The notes under the pieces are model-generated. The model did not search any database, was not told the origin of the DNA, and saw only the letters and a list, made by a program, of their open reading frames with translations. This document shows, in pieces, positions 9,422-18,874 of a DNA stretch of 64,000 nt (positions within the stretch are counted from its first letter, which is position 1; every line of letters begins with the position of its first letter). Location: NCBI GenBank assembly GCA_023384105.1, contig JAHDXR010000002.1:296989-360988 (forward strand), written 5' to 3'. The DNA is from Hyphomonadaceae bacterium. Its GTDB lineage: Bacteria > Pseudomonadota > Alphaproteobacteria > Caulobacterales > Aquidulcibacteraceae. The position numbers and the translations under genes are program-made.

Positions 9422-10479
9422 ATGCTCGCGGCCCCCATTGTCAGCACAAGGCCTGAACTCGCTCATCCCTTGGGGGAATGGTGCACGATCGGCGACAATT
9501 TCGCTGCGCTGAGGCAGGAAATCAGGCGTCGGCACGCCGATGATCTCACTGAGATTGTTTCGCCGGATCAAAGGGTCGCCCGCTTGATTCTCGGCCGCTC
9601 CTTCGGGAGTGGCTATCTGGAGTTTCTCTCGCTCGGAGATGATTTGTCCGCGATCATTTCCGATGGTTCATTCAGACACGCGCAGCCGTTCAAATTGTTC
9701 GGCCAGGAGTGGCTACGCTTCCACTTCCGCATCTCGGGGCAGAACTCGCTGCTGTTCGGAGATAAGATACAATACAATCTGACCGGCCCCTTGGCGCAGG
9801 TGCTGCTGCTGCCGGAAGATGTTCTGCACACCGATTATATCGGCGGCGAGCATGGCATGCAGATGCTGTCCATATATTGCGGCCGAAGAACGTTGACTGA
9901 AGCGCTCGGCGTCGAACCCGATCGTTTGCCGGGCATGCTTAGCCGCTATGTGGCCGGAGGCGAGGCGACCTTCGCGCTGGATCACTTACGCTATTCGCGC
10001 GATGTGTATGAGGCGCTCGCAGCGCTGTTCAAGGCGCCGGTGACGGGCGGAGTTCGTCCAGCCTACATCAAGACGAAAGTGCTGGAGATCATCTGCCTGT
10101 TCATTTCCGATCTCTAACCGACGGCGCAAGCGACGGAACGCTTTGCGCCAGAGATCGTGAGCGACTGGTCGAAGTACCCGATCGGATTTCGCAAGCGCCG
10201 AGCGAAGCGTGGCGCATACGCGACTTGGCGCGCATGGCGGGCATGAACCGGAACAAGCTTACGCGCGGGTTCCGCGACATGTTCGGAATGTCGATTTTCG
10301 AGCATCAGCGGCGGGCGCGCTTAACATTGGCGATGCGGCTGCTGTGCGAGGAGGGACTTCCTATCTCGCAAGTCGCTTGCGATGTCGGTTATGCGCACCA
10401 GTCAACTTTTACATCTGCTTTCAGAAAGCAATTCGGCGTCAGCCCGGCTCGGTATCGTACGGGCGAGGCTGGCATGTAA
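9422..10479 (+). pseudogene. AraC family transcriptional regulator (PchR/RhrA-like), frameshifted
   Basis: The N-terminal ligand domain is in frame 2 (9422-10117). The HTH domain (LARMAGMNRNKLTRGFRDMFG...YAHQSTFTSAFRKQFGVSPARYR) is in frame 1. Frame 1 is already open from at least 10081, so the two halves overlap around 10081-10117. Confidence 0.7.
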
Positions 10480-10568
10480 GGGCGCTCCGCAGGTCGAATA
10501 GCGTCCACGCACCGCGCACAACCCGCATTGCTCGTTTGGCGCGCCATGCCGTTAAGCCATCGAAAGCA

Positions 10569-10646
10569 TGGTCGGAGCGGGGAGATTCGAACTCCCGACC
10601 CCCAGTCCCCCAGACTGGTGCGCTAACCGGGCTGCGCTACGCTCCG
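10569..10646 (-). tRNA. tRNA-Pro (anticodon GGG)
   Basis: Cloverleaf folded by hand: acceptor CGGAGCG/CGCTCCG, D stem GCGC/GCGC, anticodon stem CCAGT/ACTGG with loop CTGGGGG, T arm GGGAG-TTCGAAT-CTCCC, then discriminator A and encoded CCA. Confidence 0.9.
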
Positions 10647-10686
10647 AACCGGCCCGCGCGCCGGGCGGCGGCGCGGGAGCGACCTC

Positions 10687-12117
10687 TTAGCCTTCCCGGC
10701 GCGGGCCTGCAATGCGGCCGGGCCTGGGCTTGGCCGTCCGGTCGCGGGCGGCTTCCAAACTGGCCACGAAACTGTCGCGCCACGCGAAGATGTCGTCGCG
10801 CTCGACCCCGTCCCAAAGCGCCCGCCAGCGGCTGCGGCGTTCCTCCAGCGGCATCGCCAGCGCCTTGCGGATGGCGTCGGCGACGTCTTCGACGCTGAAC
10901 GGGTTCACGATCAGCGCCTCCTTCATCTGCTGGGCGGCGCCGGCGAAGCGCGAGAGCACCAGGACGCCGGGGTCTTCCTCGTCCTGAGCGGCGACGAATT
11001 CCTTGGCGACGAGATTCATGCCGTCGCGCAGCGGCGTCACCAGGGCGACCTCGGCGGCGCGATAGACCCCGGCGAGCTCCTCGCGCGTGTGGATGCGGTG
11101 GATGCTGCGGATCGGGATCCAGTCCATCTCCGCCGTGACCCCGTTGATGCGCCCGGAGAGCGCGTCGAGACGGGCGAGCATGTCCTGATAGGCGTCGACT
11201 TCGCCGCGCGTAGGGGTGGAGATCTGCAGCAGGAAGATTTTCCGCTTCAGCTCTTCACTCTCCGCGAGCAGGCGCTCGAACGCGAGAAAGCGCTCTTCGA
11301 TGCCCTTGGAATAGTCGAGGCGGTCGACGCCGAGCAGCATCTTGCGGCCCGCCTTGCTCTCCTGCATGCGGGCGTAGCTTTCCATGCCCGCCTCGGACTG
11401 CGTGAGCGCGCTGAAGCCCTTGGCGTCGATGCCGATGGGAAACGCCTGCGGGCGCGTGGTGCGGCCGAACGCACGCAGGCTGCCGTCGGAGAGCTGCATG
11501 CCGCCGGCTTCGTGCAGCACGTAGCTGACGAAGGCGTCTCGCCACTCCTCGGTGTGGAAGCCGACGACGTCGTAGTGGAACATCGCCTCGACCAGCTGGC
11601 GGTGCCGCGGCAGCGTGGCGACCAGTTCGCGCGCCGGCCATGGGATGTGCAGGAAGAAGCCGATCGCGTTCTTGGCGCCGCGCTCGCGCAGCTCGCGCCC
11701 GAGCGGAATGAGATGATAGTCCTGCACCCAGATCAGGTCCTTCGGTGCGATCAGCGGCATCAGCATCTCGGCGAAGCGCGCGTTCACCCGCGCATAGCCC
11801 GAGCCGTACGAGCGCTCGTATTGGGTGAGGTCGATGCGATAGTGAAAAAGCGGCCAGAGCGTGCGATTGGCGAAGCCGTTATAATATTCCTGGATGTCCT
11901 GCTCTTCGAGATCCATCGTTGCGATGGTGACGCCGCTCGCGCGCTGCACGGAGATCTGGCCGTTATATTGCGGCGTCGACTGGCCGCTCCAGCCGAACCA
12001 GATGCCGCTGTACTCGCGCAGCGCGGCGCTGATGGCCATGGCGAGGCCGCCCTGGCTCGATGCGCCTTCCGGCGCCGGCGGCGTGACGCGGTTGGAGACG
12101 ACGATAAGGCGGCTCAC
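10687..12117 (-). CDS. otsA: Alpha,alpha-trehalose-phosphate synthase (UDP-forming)
   Basis: (V)SRLIVVSNRV...GGLAMAI...LWPLFHYR...IWVQDYHLIPL...GFFLHIPWP...LGVDRLDYSKGI...TPLRDGMNLVAKEF are OtsA signatures. The GTG start at 12117-12115 overlaps the upstream TGA (GTGA). Confidence 0.9.
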   Translation of the reverse strand: MSRLIVVSNRVTPPAPEGASSQGGLAMAISAALREYSGIWFGWSGQSTPQYNGQISVQRASGVTIATMDLEEQDIQEYYNGFANRTLWPLFHYRIDLTQYERSYGSGYARVNARFAEMLMPLIAPKDLIWVQDYHLIPLGRELRERGAKNAIGFFLHIPWPARELVATLPRHRQLVEAMFHYDVVGFHTEEWRDAFVSYVLHEAGGMQLSDGSLRAFGRTTRPQAFPIGIDAKGFSALTQSEAGMESYARMQESKAGRKMLLGVDRLDYSKGIEERFLAFERLLAESEELKRKIFLLQISTPTRGEVDAYQDMLARLDALSGRINGVTAEMDWIPIRSIHRIHTREELAGVYRAAEVALVTPLRDGMNLVAKEFVAAQDEEDPGVLVLSRFAGAAQQMKEALIVNPFSVEDVADAIRKALAMPLEERRSRWRALWDGVERDDIFAWRDSFVASLEAARDRTAKPRPGRIAGPRREG

Positions 12118-13904
12118 CGGACCGTGCTCCAGCCTTCGCTCAGCAGCACGGCGCAATTGATCATGCCGGCCAGCGAGTAGGTCTGCGGATAGTTTCCCCA
12201 TGCTTCTCCAGTCACTAGATCGCAATCCTCCGAAAGCAGCCCCGCGCTGGTGCGGCGGCTGAGCATGTGTTCGAACAAGGCGCGCGCTTCGGCGCGGCGG
12301 CCGACGAGGTAAAGCGCCTCGATCAGCCAGAAGGTGCAGAAGTTGAACGCCGTCTCCGGTTTGCCGAAATCGTCCTCCGCGGCGTAGCGAAGCACGTAGT
12401 TCCCGCGGCGCAGATCGCGCTCCAATTGCGCAAGCGTCGCCATGAAGCGCGGGTCGTCGGCGGCGAGAAAGCGGGTGTCGAGGGCTTGCAGCAGGCTTGC
12501 GTCCATCTCGTCGCCGCCGAGCGTGGCGGCGAAGCGGCCGAGTTTGGCGTTCCAGGCTTCCCGTTCGATGGTGAGGCGCATCTCGTCGGCGCGCCGGCGC
12601 CAGTGCTCGGCGCGCGCCGCAGCGCCCAGCTTGCGTGCGGCGCCCGCGAGCCTGTCGCAGGCGGCCCAGCACATGATGGCGGAATAGGTGTGGGGCGCCG
12701 CGCGGTTGCGGAATTCCCAGAGCCCGGCGTCCGGCTTGTCGTACACTTCGTAGGCGCGCTCGCCGACGCTTTCGAGTGCGAGGAAATCATCCATGCCGGC
12801 GGGACGGAAGAGGCGGGTGTCGTAGAACGCCTGCGCCGTCGACAGCACGATCTGGCCGTAGACGTCGTGCTGGTGATGTTCGTGCGCCTGGTTGCCGACG
12901 CGCACCGGGCCCATGCCGCGATAGCCCGCCAGCGACGTCACTTCGCCTTCCTGCAGGATCGGCTCCATGCCGATGCCGTAGACGGGCTGAATGCGCCCGC
13001 TCGGCGTTGCGTCGACGATGTTGCGGAGATAGCCGAGATAGCCCTCCAGGATGTCGGCGGCGCCGAGCCGGTTCAGTGCCTGGACGGTGTAGTAGGCGTC
13101 GCGCAGCCAGCAGAAGCGATAGTCCCAGTTGCGCCCGCTATGGGGCGCCTCGGGAATCGAGGTGGTGAGCGCGGCGACGATGGCGCCGGTTTCTTCGTAC
13201 ACGCACAGTTTCAGCGTGATGGCGGCGCGGATGATGCTGTCCTGCCACTCCAGCGGCGTCGCCAGCATCCGCACCCAGTTGCGCCAGTAGAAGCGGGTGT
13301 TGTCGCGCATGGCGCGGACGGTGGCGATCAGGTCGTCGCCGAACTCCTCGTCCGGGCCGAGGAAGAACACCGTCTCCGCCTCCAGGCGGAAAACGCGCTG
13401 TTCGAGGATGTTGGAGACCGGGGCGTTAGTGGTGAGGCGAAGCGTGCTCGTCGCGAGATAGCGGATATGGTTCGAGCCGGATGTGCGCGCGGCCGCGTGT
13501 GCGCCATAGTCGACCGCGGGATTGAGGCGCACGCGGATGCGCGGCGCGCCTTTGAGCGGGCGCACGATGCGCACGAACGCCATCGGCCGGTGGGGACGGT
13601 TGCGGCGGCGGAAGCGCGGGCAGAAGTCGACGATCTCCAGCGCGTTGCCGCGGGCGTCTTCAAGCGTCGTCACCAGGATCGGCGTGTTGCGTTCATACTG
13701 CTGTTCGGCCTTGACCTGATCGATCAGGTCGATCGCCCAGACGCCCGTCTGCGCCTCGGCTGGAGACGCCTCGGAAAGCAGCGCGCAGAACATGGGATCG
13801 CCGTCGACGCGCGGCACGCACGCCCAAACGAAGCGGCCGCAGCGGTCGACAAGCGCGCTGACGGCGCAATTGCCGATCGGCGCGAGATCAAGGCTTGCGG
13901 TCAT
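12114..13904 (-). CDS. Glycoside hydrolase family 15 protein (glucoamylase/trehalase-like)
   Basis: 596 aa with GH15-like regions (LDLAPIGNCAVSALVD, NWDYRFCWLRDAYYTVQAL, LWEFRN, FNFCTFWLIEAL). The ATG at 13904 overlaps the otsB stop (ATGA). Confidence 0.8.
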   Translation of the reverse strand: MTASLDLAPIGNCAVSALVDRCGRFVWACVPRVDGDPMFCALLSEASPAEAQTGVWAIDLIDQVKAEQQYERNTPILVTTLEDARGNALEIVDFCPRFRRRNRPHRPMAFVRIVRPLKGAPRIRVRLNPAVDYGAHAAARTSGSNHIRYLATSTLRLTTNAPVSNILEQRVFRLEAETVFFLGPDEEFGDDLIATVRAMRDNTRFYWRNWVRMLATPLEWQDSIIRAAITLKLCVYEETGAIVAALTTSIPEAPHSGRNWDYRFCWLRDAYYTVQALNRLGAADILEGYLGYLRNIVDATPSGRIQPVYGIGMEPILQEGEVTSLAGYRGMGPVRVGNQAHEHHQHDVYGQIVLSTAQAFYDTRLFRPAGMDDFLALESVGERAYEVYDKPDAGLWEFRNRAAPHTYSAIMCWAACDRLAGAARKLGAAARAEHWRRRADEMRLTIEREAWNAKLGRFAATLGGDEMDASLLQALDTRFLAADDPRFMATLAQLERDLRRGNYVLRYAAEDDFGKPETAFNFCTFWLIEALYLVGRRAEARALFEHMLSRRTSAGLLSEDCDLVTGEAWGNYPQTYSLAGMINCAVLLSEGWSTVR

Positions 13905-14674
13905 GCGCGGCGCAGCCCCGCCTCGAGCCAACGCGCGACCGCGGCTGGATCAGGGAGAGTGAAATCGGCGTGCGTCCGGCGCGGTTCGCCCACGAGCACG
14001 CCGAAGCCGCCCATGCGCTTGGCGGCGGCGAAGGCGTCCTCGTCGGTGAAATCGTCGCCGAGCGCGACCGGCGTGCGTCCGGTAAACGGCGGCGCGGCCA
14101 TCAGCACGGTCACGGCGTAGCCCTTGGTGCGGGCGGAGGCGTTGAGTTCGACCACCATCTTGCCGTGCACAAGGCGCAAGCCATGCTTGGCCGCAAGCTC
14201 TTGGGCGATGTGCTGGATCGCGTCTGCGGCCTCGGGGTTTTGCCGATAGTGCAGCGCGAGGCTCGCGTGCTTGTCCTCCACCAGCGCAGGCAATTTCCGC
14301 CGCTGCAGCAGCTGACGCACTTCCGCGCGCGCTTCCGCGAGCCGCGCCTGCTCGACATCGTCGCGGCTGATGCGCCCGCCGCGCTGAATCTCAAACCCGT
14401 GCACGCCGGCGGCGTGATCCACCGCGCCTTCGATGATGTCGTCGAGGTCGCCAAGCGAGCGGCCGGTGACGATCGCCAGCGCGCCCGCCATCCGTTCGTT
14501 CAAGCGCCGCAGCAACGCGCGCAAGGCCGGACTCGCCGACACCGCATGCGGCCGCGCCTGAATTTCAACCAGAGTGCCGTCGAGATCGAGAAAGGCGGCA
14601 TGGTCGCGGACGAGCAGCGGCGGCGGCGATGCGTGAGGCGTGGACAGGTGAGCGATATCTGGCGTCGCGCGCAT
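13901..14674 (-). CDS. otsB: Trehalose-phosphatase
   Basis: HAD motif I FLDLDGTLVEI, then IVTGRS and GDDFTDEDAF. The ATG at 14674 is preceded by AAGGAAAAAG. An alternative ATG lies at 14710. Confidence 0.85.
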   Translation of the reverse strand: MRATPDIAHLSTPHASPPPLLVRDHAAFLDLDGTLVEIQARPHAVSASPALRALLRRLNERMAGALAIVTGRSLGDLDDIIEGAVDHAAGVHGFEIQRGGRISRDDVEQARLAEARAEVRQLLQRRKLPALVEDKHASLALHYRQNPEAADAIQHIAQELAAKHGLRLVHGKMVVELNASARTKGYAVTVLMAAPPFTGRTPVALGDDFTDEDAFAAAKRMGGFGVLVGEPRRTHADFTLPDPAAVARWLEAGLRRA

Positions 14675-14942
14675 CTTTTTCCTTTTTTCTGGCGCGCCGC
14701 GCGCAGCCATCGGCAGAGCGCGCTGGGCAGCGGAGGGCTGAACGCGCCAATGGCGCGAAAGTTCCCGAAGACCCGGGAGCGAAGATTCAGGCGCCAGAGT
14801 GTGTCACATCAGCGCCGAAGACACAAATCGGCGCCGCTTGCGGCATGTGCGGACACACCTGCTCAGAGGAGGTTCAGCGGCGCGGGATAATCTGCTCATC
14901 AAACGGGAAACGAGGGTCTCGTTCGCCCACGAGGAGCACCTG

Positions 14943-15368
14943 ATGAAACGTTTGATGACAACTGCGCTGGCTGCGTTGGTGATCGCAGGCCCGCTGAGCG
15001 TCGGCGCCGCAAGCGCGCAGTCCTGGCGCGGCGAGCAAAGCCGCGACTGGCGCCACAATCACGACCGTCAAGCGCAGCGCTGGGATCAGCGCCGGCACAA
15101 CGGCTTCTATCTCGGCAACAGATTCTACTACGGCCAGTCGACATATCAGCAGATGCAGCGGCGCGACTATCGCCCCGCCTATCAGCAATGGCGCCGCGGC
15201 GATCGTCTGCCGAGTTATGCGCGCCAGCACTATCGCGAAGTCGACTGGCGGCGCGAACGTCTGCGCGAGCCGCCGCGCGGGTATCACTATGTCCGCGACG
15301 ACCGCGGCGAGCTTCTTCTCGTCGGCATCGCCACGGGCGTGATCCTGGGGCTGATCTTGAGCCAATAG
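14943..15368 (+). CDS. RcnB-family periplasmic protein (putative)
   Basis: MKRLMTTALAALVIAGPLSVGAASA is a signal peptide. The C-terminal pattern RGDRLPSYARQHYREVDWRRERLREPPRGYHYVRDDRGELLLVGIATGVI is RcnB/YohN-like. Confidence 0.6.
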   Translation: MKRLMTTALAALVIAGPLSVGAASAQSWRGEQSRDWRHNHDRQAQRWDQRRHNGFYLGNRFYYGQSTYQQMQRRDYRPAYQQWRRGDRLPSYARQHYREVDWRRERLREPPRGYHYVRDDRGELLLVGIATGVILGLILSQ

Positions 15369-15393
15369 GCCTGAGCCGACGCCGCAGAACGAA

Positions 15394-15425
15394 GCCGCCC
15401 CGAAGCCTCGCTTCGGGGCGGTTTC
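15394..15425. terminator. Bidirectional hairpin terminator between convergent genes
   Basis: GCCGCCCCGAAGC pairs with GCTTCGGGGCGGT, followed by TTT. It lies between the stop at 15368 (+) and the stop at 15427 (-). Confidence 0.6.
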
Positions 15426-15426
15426 G

Positions 15427-15630
15427 TCAGCCGTCGCGGTTCATCCAGCCGAACAGCGGCTTCAACGGAAGGATCCAGACGAGGCCGGCGGCGGCGTAGA
15501 AGATCAGCGCGGCCCAGAACGGCAGAATCGGCAGCAGGTAAGCGCCGAGCGTGGCCGCCAGCGCGGCGTAGATCGCCATATAGGCCAGCAGAATGGCGCA
15601 GCCCACGGCCTTGCGCGTGCGGATGTCCAT
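15427..15630 (-). CDS. DUF2842 family small membrane protein
   Basis: MDIRTRKAVGCAILLAYMAIYAALAATLGAYLL... has two TM helices. It is divergent from ctaA, the usual position for this family in alphaproteobacteria. Confidence 0.6.
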   Translation of the reverse strand: MDIRTRKAVGCAILLAYMAIYAALAATLGAYLLPILPFWAALIFYAAAGLVWILPLKPLFGWMNRDG

Positions 15631-15712
15631 AAACTGCCCCTGCGCGGCGGCTCGCCGCCTTTCCGTCAAGCTTCGCCGGTTCTATGGGTGCGGGAAGAGG
15701 AACCCGCAAGGC

Positions 15713-16738
15713 ATGACCAGCGACGACATTTGGCCCCCGCGCGAGGTGTGGGTCGGCAGATGGCTGCTTGTGATCTGTGCGCTCGTGGTGGCGATGATCC
15801 TGGTCGGCGGCGCGACGCGGCTGACCGACAGCGGCCTTTCCATCACCGAATGGGATCTGGGCAAGGGGCTCACGCCGCCGCTGACGGAATCGCGCTGGAG
15901 CGAGGAGTTCGCGCTCTATCAGCGCACCGTGGAATTCCAGGAACAGAACAGCGAGATGACGCTCGCCGAGTTCCAGTACATCTATTGGTGGGAGTGGGGT
16001 CACCGCTTCCTCGGCAAGGTCATCGGCGTCGCGTTTGCGCTGCCGGCGCTGTTTTTCTTCTTCACCGGCCGGCTGCGCGGACGCTTCCGCGTGACGTTGG
16101 CGCTGTTCGCGCTGGGCGCTCTGCAGGGCGCGATCGGCTGGTGGATGGTGACGAGCGGGTTGTTCTCAGGGCTCGACGTCAGTCCGATACGGCTCGCGAT
16201 CCATCTTGGCGTCGCGCTGATCATCCTGGCGCTCGCGCTTTGGGTGGCGCTGGGCGCGTTCGCCTGGCCGCGGGCGACGGGCAGGCTCGGACTGCCGCGC
16301 TGGGCGCCGTTTGTGCTGATGGCGCTGGTGTTCGCGCAGGTGATGCTGGGGGCGCTGCTGGCCGGTTCGCGCGGCGGCGCCGCGTACGCGGACTGGCCCT
16401 GGATCGGCGGCGAGTGGATTCCGCCGACGGCGTTCGGGCTCGAACCGTTATGGGCCAACTTCACAGAGGATCACGCAACGCAGCACCTGCTGCACCGGAC
16501 CGTGGGCTATGTGACGGCGCTGGCGGCCGTCGGGATGGCGCTGGCGGCTTTGGCGCGGGGGCGGGGTGAGGCGCGCTGGACGGCGGCCGTCGTCGGCGCG
16601 CTGGCGCTGGCGCAGGCCGGGCTGGGCGTGCTCACGGTGATCTCGGCGTCGCCCCTGTCGCTCAGCCTGGCCCATCAGGCGGGGGCGGTGGCGCTGTGGA
16701 TGGCGGCGCTGGCCGCCGCGCGGGCCGCGTGGCGGTAA
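15713..16738 (+). CDS. ctaA: Heme A synthase (COX15/CtaA)
   Basis: LVGGATRLTDSGLSITEW, WEWGHRFLG and HLLHRTVGY are multi-TM COX15 signatures. The ATG at 15713 was chosen within ORF 15593-16738. Confidence 0.88.
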   Translation: MTSDDIWPPREVWVGRWLLVICALVVAMILVGGATRLTDSGLSITEWDLGKGLTPPLTESRWSEEFALYQRTVEFQEQNSEMTLAEFQYIYWWEWGHRFLGKVIGVAFALPALFFFFTGRLRGRFRVTLALFALGALQGAIGWWMVTSGLFSGLDVSPIRLAIHLGVALIILALALWVALGAFAWPRATGRLGLPRWAPFVLMALVFAQVMLGALLAGSRGGAAYADWPWIGGEWIPPTAFGLEPLWANFTEDHATQHLLHRTVGYVTALAAVGMALAALARGRGEARWTAAVVGALALAQAGLGVLTVISASPLSLSLAHQAGAVALWMAALAAARAAWR

Positions 16739-16751
16739 TCGGTTGGCGGTA

Positions 16752-16832
16752 TGAAAATACCATTATTATAACTGATTGATATATCATAATAAAACAAACA
16801 TGCTTGACGCAATTTCTGCGCTGCAATAAACG
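16752..16832 (+). promoter_or_regulatory. AT-rich UP-like block plus candidate promoter of rplM-rpsI
   Basis: About 50 nt of roughly 80 percent A+T (16752-16800), including the perfect palindrome TGATATATCA (16777-16786). It is followed by TTGACG (16804-16809), a 17-nt spacer, then TAAACG. The -10 element is weak. Confidence 0.4.
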
Positions 16833-16863
16833 CGCGCCTTCGTTTCTTCAGGACCAAACACCC

Positions 16864-17340
16864 ATGCGCACCACTTCGACGCGCTCGGCCAAGGCCTCGG
16901 ACATCACCAACGGCTGGATCGTTGTGGACGCCGAAGGCGCGGTGGTCGGCCGTCTCGCCTCGTTCATCGCGCTGCGCCTTCGCGGCAAGCATCGCGCCGA
17001 TTTCACGCCGCACGTCGACACCGGCGACCATGTCGTCGTGATCAACGCCGAGAAGGTGGCGTTCACCGGCAAGAAGCTGACCGACAAGGTTTATTACCGC
17101 CACACCGGCCATCCCGGCGGTATCAAGGAGCGCGTCGCGGGCAAGGTGCTCGCCGGCAAGCATCCCGAGCGCGTGCTGGAAAAGGCCGTCGAGCGGATGA
17201 TGCCGAAGGAAAGCCCGCTGGCGCGCAAGCAGCTGGGCAAGCTTCGCGTCTATGCCGGCGCCGAGCATCCGCACGCCGCGCAGAACCCCGTCACGATCGA
17301 CTTCAAGTCGAAGAACCGCAAGAACTCGAGGATCGGCTAA
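16864..17340 (+). CDS. rplM: 50S ribosomal protein L13
   Basis: [16 protein letters not shown]...[26 protein letters not shown]...[12 protein letters not shown] is canonical L13. Confidence 0.95.
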   Translation: MRTTSTRSAKASDITNGWIVVDAEGAVVGRLASFIALRLRGKHRADFTPHVDTGDHVVVINAEKVAFTGKKLTDKVYYRHTGHPGGIKERVAGKVLAGKHPERVLEKAVERMMPKESPLARKQLGKLRVYAGAEHPHAAQNPVTIDFKSKNRKNSRIG

Positions 17341-17343
17341 CCC

Positions 17344-17838
17344 ATGACTGACATCAGCCAAGGTCTTGAGTCTCTCGGCGAACTCACCGGCCGTCAGCCC
17401 GGGACGGGCACGGACCACATCGCTCAGCCGCGCGAACGCAAGGTCGACCAGTTCGGCCGCGCCTATGCGACCGGCAAGCGCAAGAACGCGGTCGCCCGCG
17501 TTTGGGTGAAGCCGGGCAAGGGCGCGATCACCATCAACGGCAAGCCGTCCGACGCCTATTTCGCGCGCCCGGTTCTGCGCATGATGATCAACCAGCCGTT
17601 CAAGGTCACCGAGCGCGAAGGCGAGTTCGACGTGATCTGCACCGTGACGGGCTCGGGCCTCTCGGGCCAGGCCGGCGCGATTCGCCACGGCATCTCCAAG
17701 GCGCTGGCCGACTACGAGCCGGGCCTGCGTCCCGCGCTGAAGCACGCCGGCTTCATGACGCGCGACCCGCGCGTGGTCGAGCGTAAGAAGTACGGCAAGG
17801 CGAAGGCCCGCCGCAGCTTCCAGTTCTCGAAGCGCTAA
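17344..17838 (+). CDS. rpsI: 30S ribosomal protein S9
   Basis: [20 protein letters not shown]...[19 protein letters not shown]...[25 protein letters not shown] is canonical S9. Confidence 0.95.
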   Translation: MTDISQGLESLGELTGRQPGTGTDHIAQPRERKVDQFGRAYATGKRKNAVARVWVKPGKGAITINGKPSDAYFARPVLRMMINQPFKVTEREGEFDVICTVTGSGLSGQAGAIRHGISKALADYEPGLRPALKHAGFMTRDPRVVERKKYGKAKARRSFQFSKR

Positions 17839-17860
17839 TCGCACTTCGCTTCTGGTCTCG

Positions 17861-17896
17861 ACGGGCGCTTCTCTCCGGGAAGCGCCCGTTTTGTTT
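17861..17896 (+). terminator. Rho-independent terminator after rpsI
   Basis: An 11-bp stem ACGGGCGCTTC / GAAGCGCCCGT with a 7-nt loop, followed by TTTGTTT. Confidence 0.75.
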
Positions 17897-17907
17897 AGGA
17901 GGCGCCC

Positions 17908-18852
17908 ATGGCGCAGCGCGTATTCATCGACGGCGAGGCGGGCACCACGGGCCTGCAAATTCGCGAGCGGCTGGCGCGTCGGCGCGACATCGAGCTTGTG
18001 TCGATCGATCCGGCGAAGCGGAAGGACGCGGACGAGCGCAAGCGGCTGCTGAACGGCGTCGACGCCGTGATTCTGTGCCTGCCGGACGATGCCGCGCGCG
18101 AGGCGGTGGCGCTGATCGAAAACGATCGCGTGAAGGTGATCGATGCGTCGACCGCCCATCGCGTGGCGGACGGATGGACCTATGGCTTCGCCGAAATGGC
18201 GAAGGACCAGCGGGCGAAGATCGCCGCATCGGCGCGCATCTCCAATCCGGGCTGCTATCCGACCGGTTTCATCGGTCTGGTGCGGCCGCTGGTGGAGGCG
18301 GGCGTCATACCGCGCGACTGGCCGCTCAGCGTGAACGCCGTCAGCGGCTATTCCGGCGGCGGCAAGGCCATGATCGCCGAGTTCGAGGACGAGAACTCCG
18401 AGGCGTATACGCGGGCGCCGTACCGCATCTACGCGATGGCGCAGAAGCACAAGCACGTGCCGGAAATGCAGAAGTACGCCGGCCTTGCGCGCGCGCCGAT
18501 CTTTCAGCCGAGCGTGGGGCGCTACTACAAGGGCATGATCGTCGAGACGCCGCTGCCGCTCTCGGCGCTGCCGAAGGCGCCGAGGCTGGCCGACGTGCGC
18601 GCCGCGCTCGAAGCGGCCTATGCGGGTGAGCGGTTCGTCGGCGTCGCGAGTGCGCAGGCGTGCGCGGAGATGAAGACGCTGGGCCCGGAAGGGCTCAACG
18701 ACACCAACCGGATGACACTGTTCGTATTCGGCCATGACGACGAAGCGCGTCTCGTCGCGCTGCTCGACAATCTTGGCAAGGGCGCGAGCGGGGCGGCGGT
18801 GCAGAACCTCAACATCGCGCTCGGCCTGGAGGAGAGCGCTGGGCTCGCCTAA
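17908..18852 (+). CDS. argC: N-acetyl-gamma-glutamyl-phosphate reductase (short, type 2)
   Basis: 314 aa: [14 protein letters not shown], active-site context [25 protein letters not shown] lies upstream. Confidence 0.9.
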   Translation: MAQRVFIDGEAGTTGLQIRERLARRRDIELVSIDPAKRKDADERKRLLNGVDAVILCLPDDAAREAVALIENDRVKVIDASTAHRVADGWTYGFAEMAKDQRAKIAASARISNPGCYPTGFIGLVRPLVEAGVIPRDWPLSVNAVSGYSGGGKAMIAEFEDENSEAYTRAPYRIYAMAQKHKHVPEMQKYAGLARAPIFQPSVGRYYKGMIVETPLPLSALPKAPRLADVRAALEAAYAGERFVGVASAQACAEMKTLGPEGLNDTNRMTLFVFGHDDEARLVALLDNLGKGASGAAVQNLNIALGLEESAGLA

Positions 18853-18874
18853 AGCGTCGCGCGATGCCTCAACC

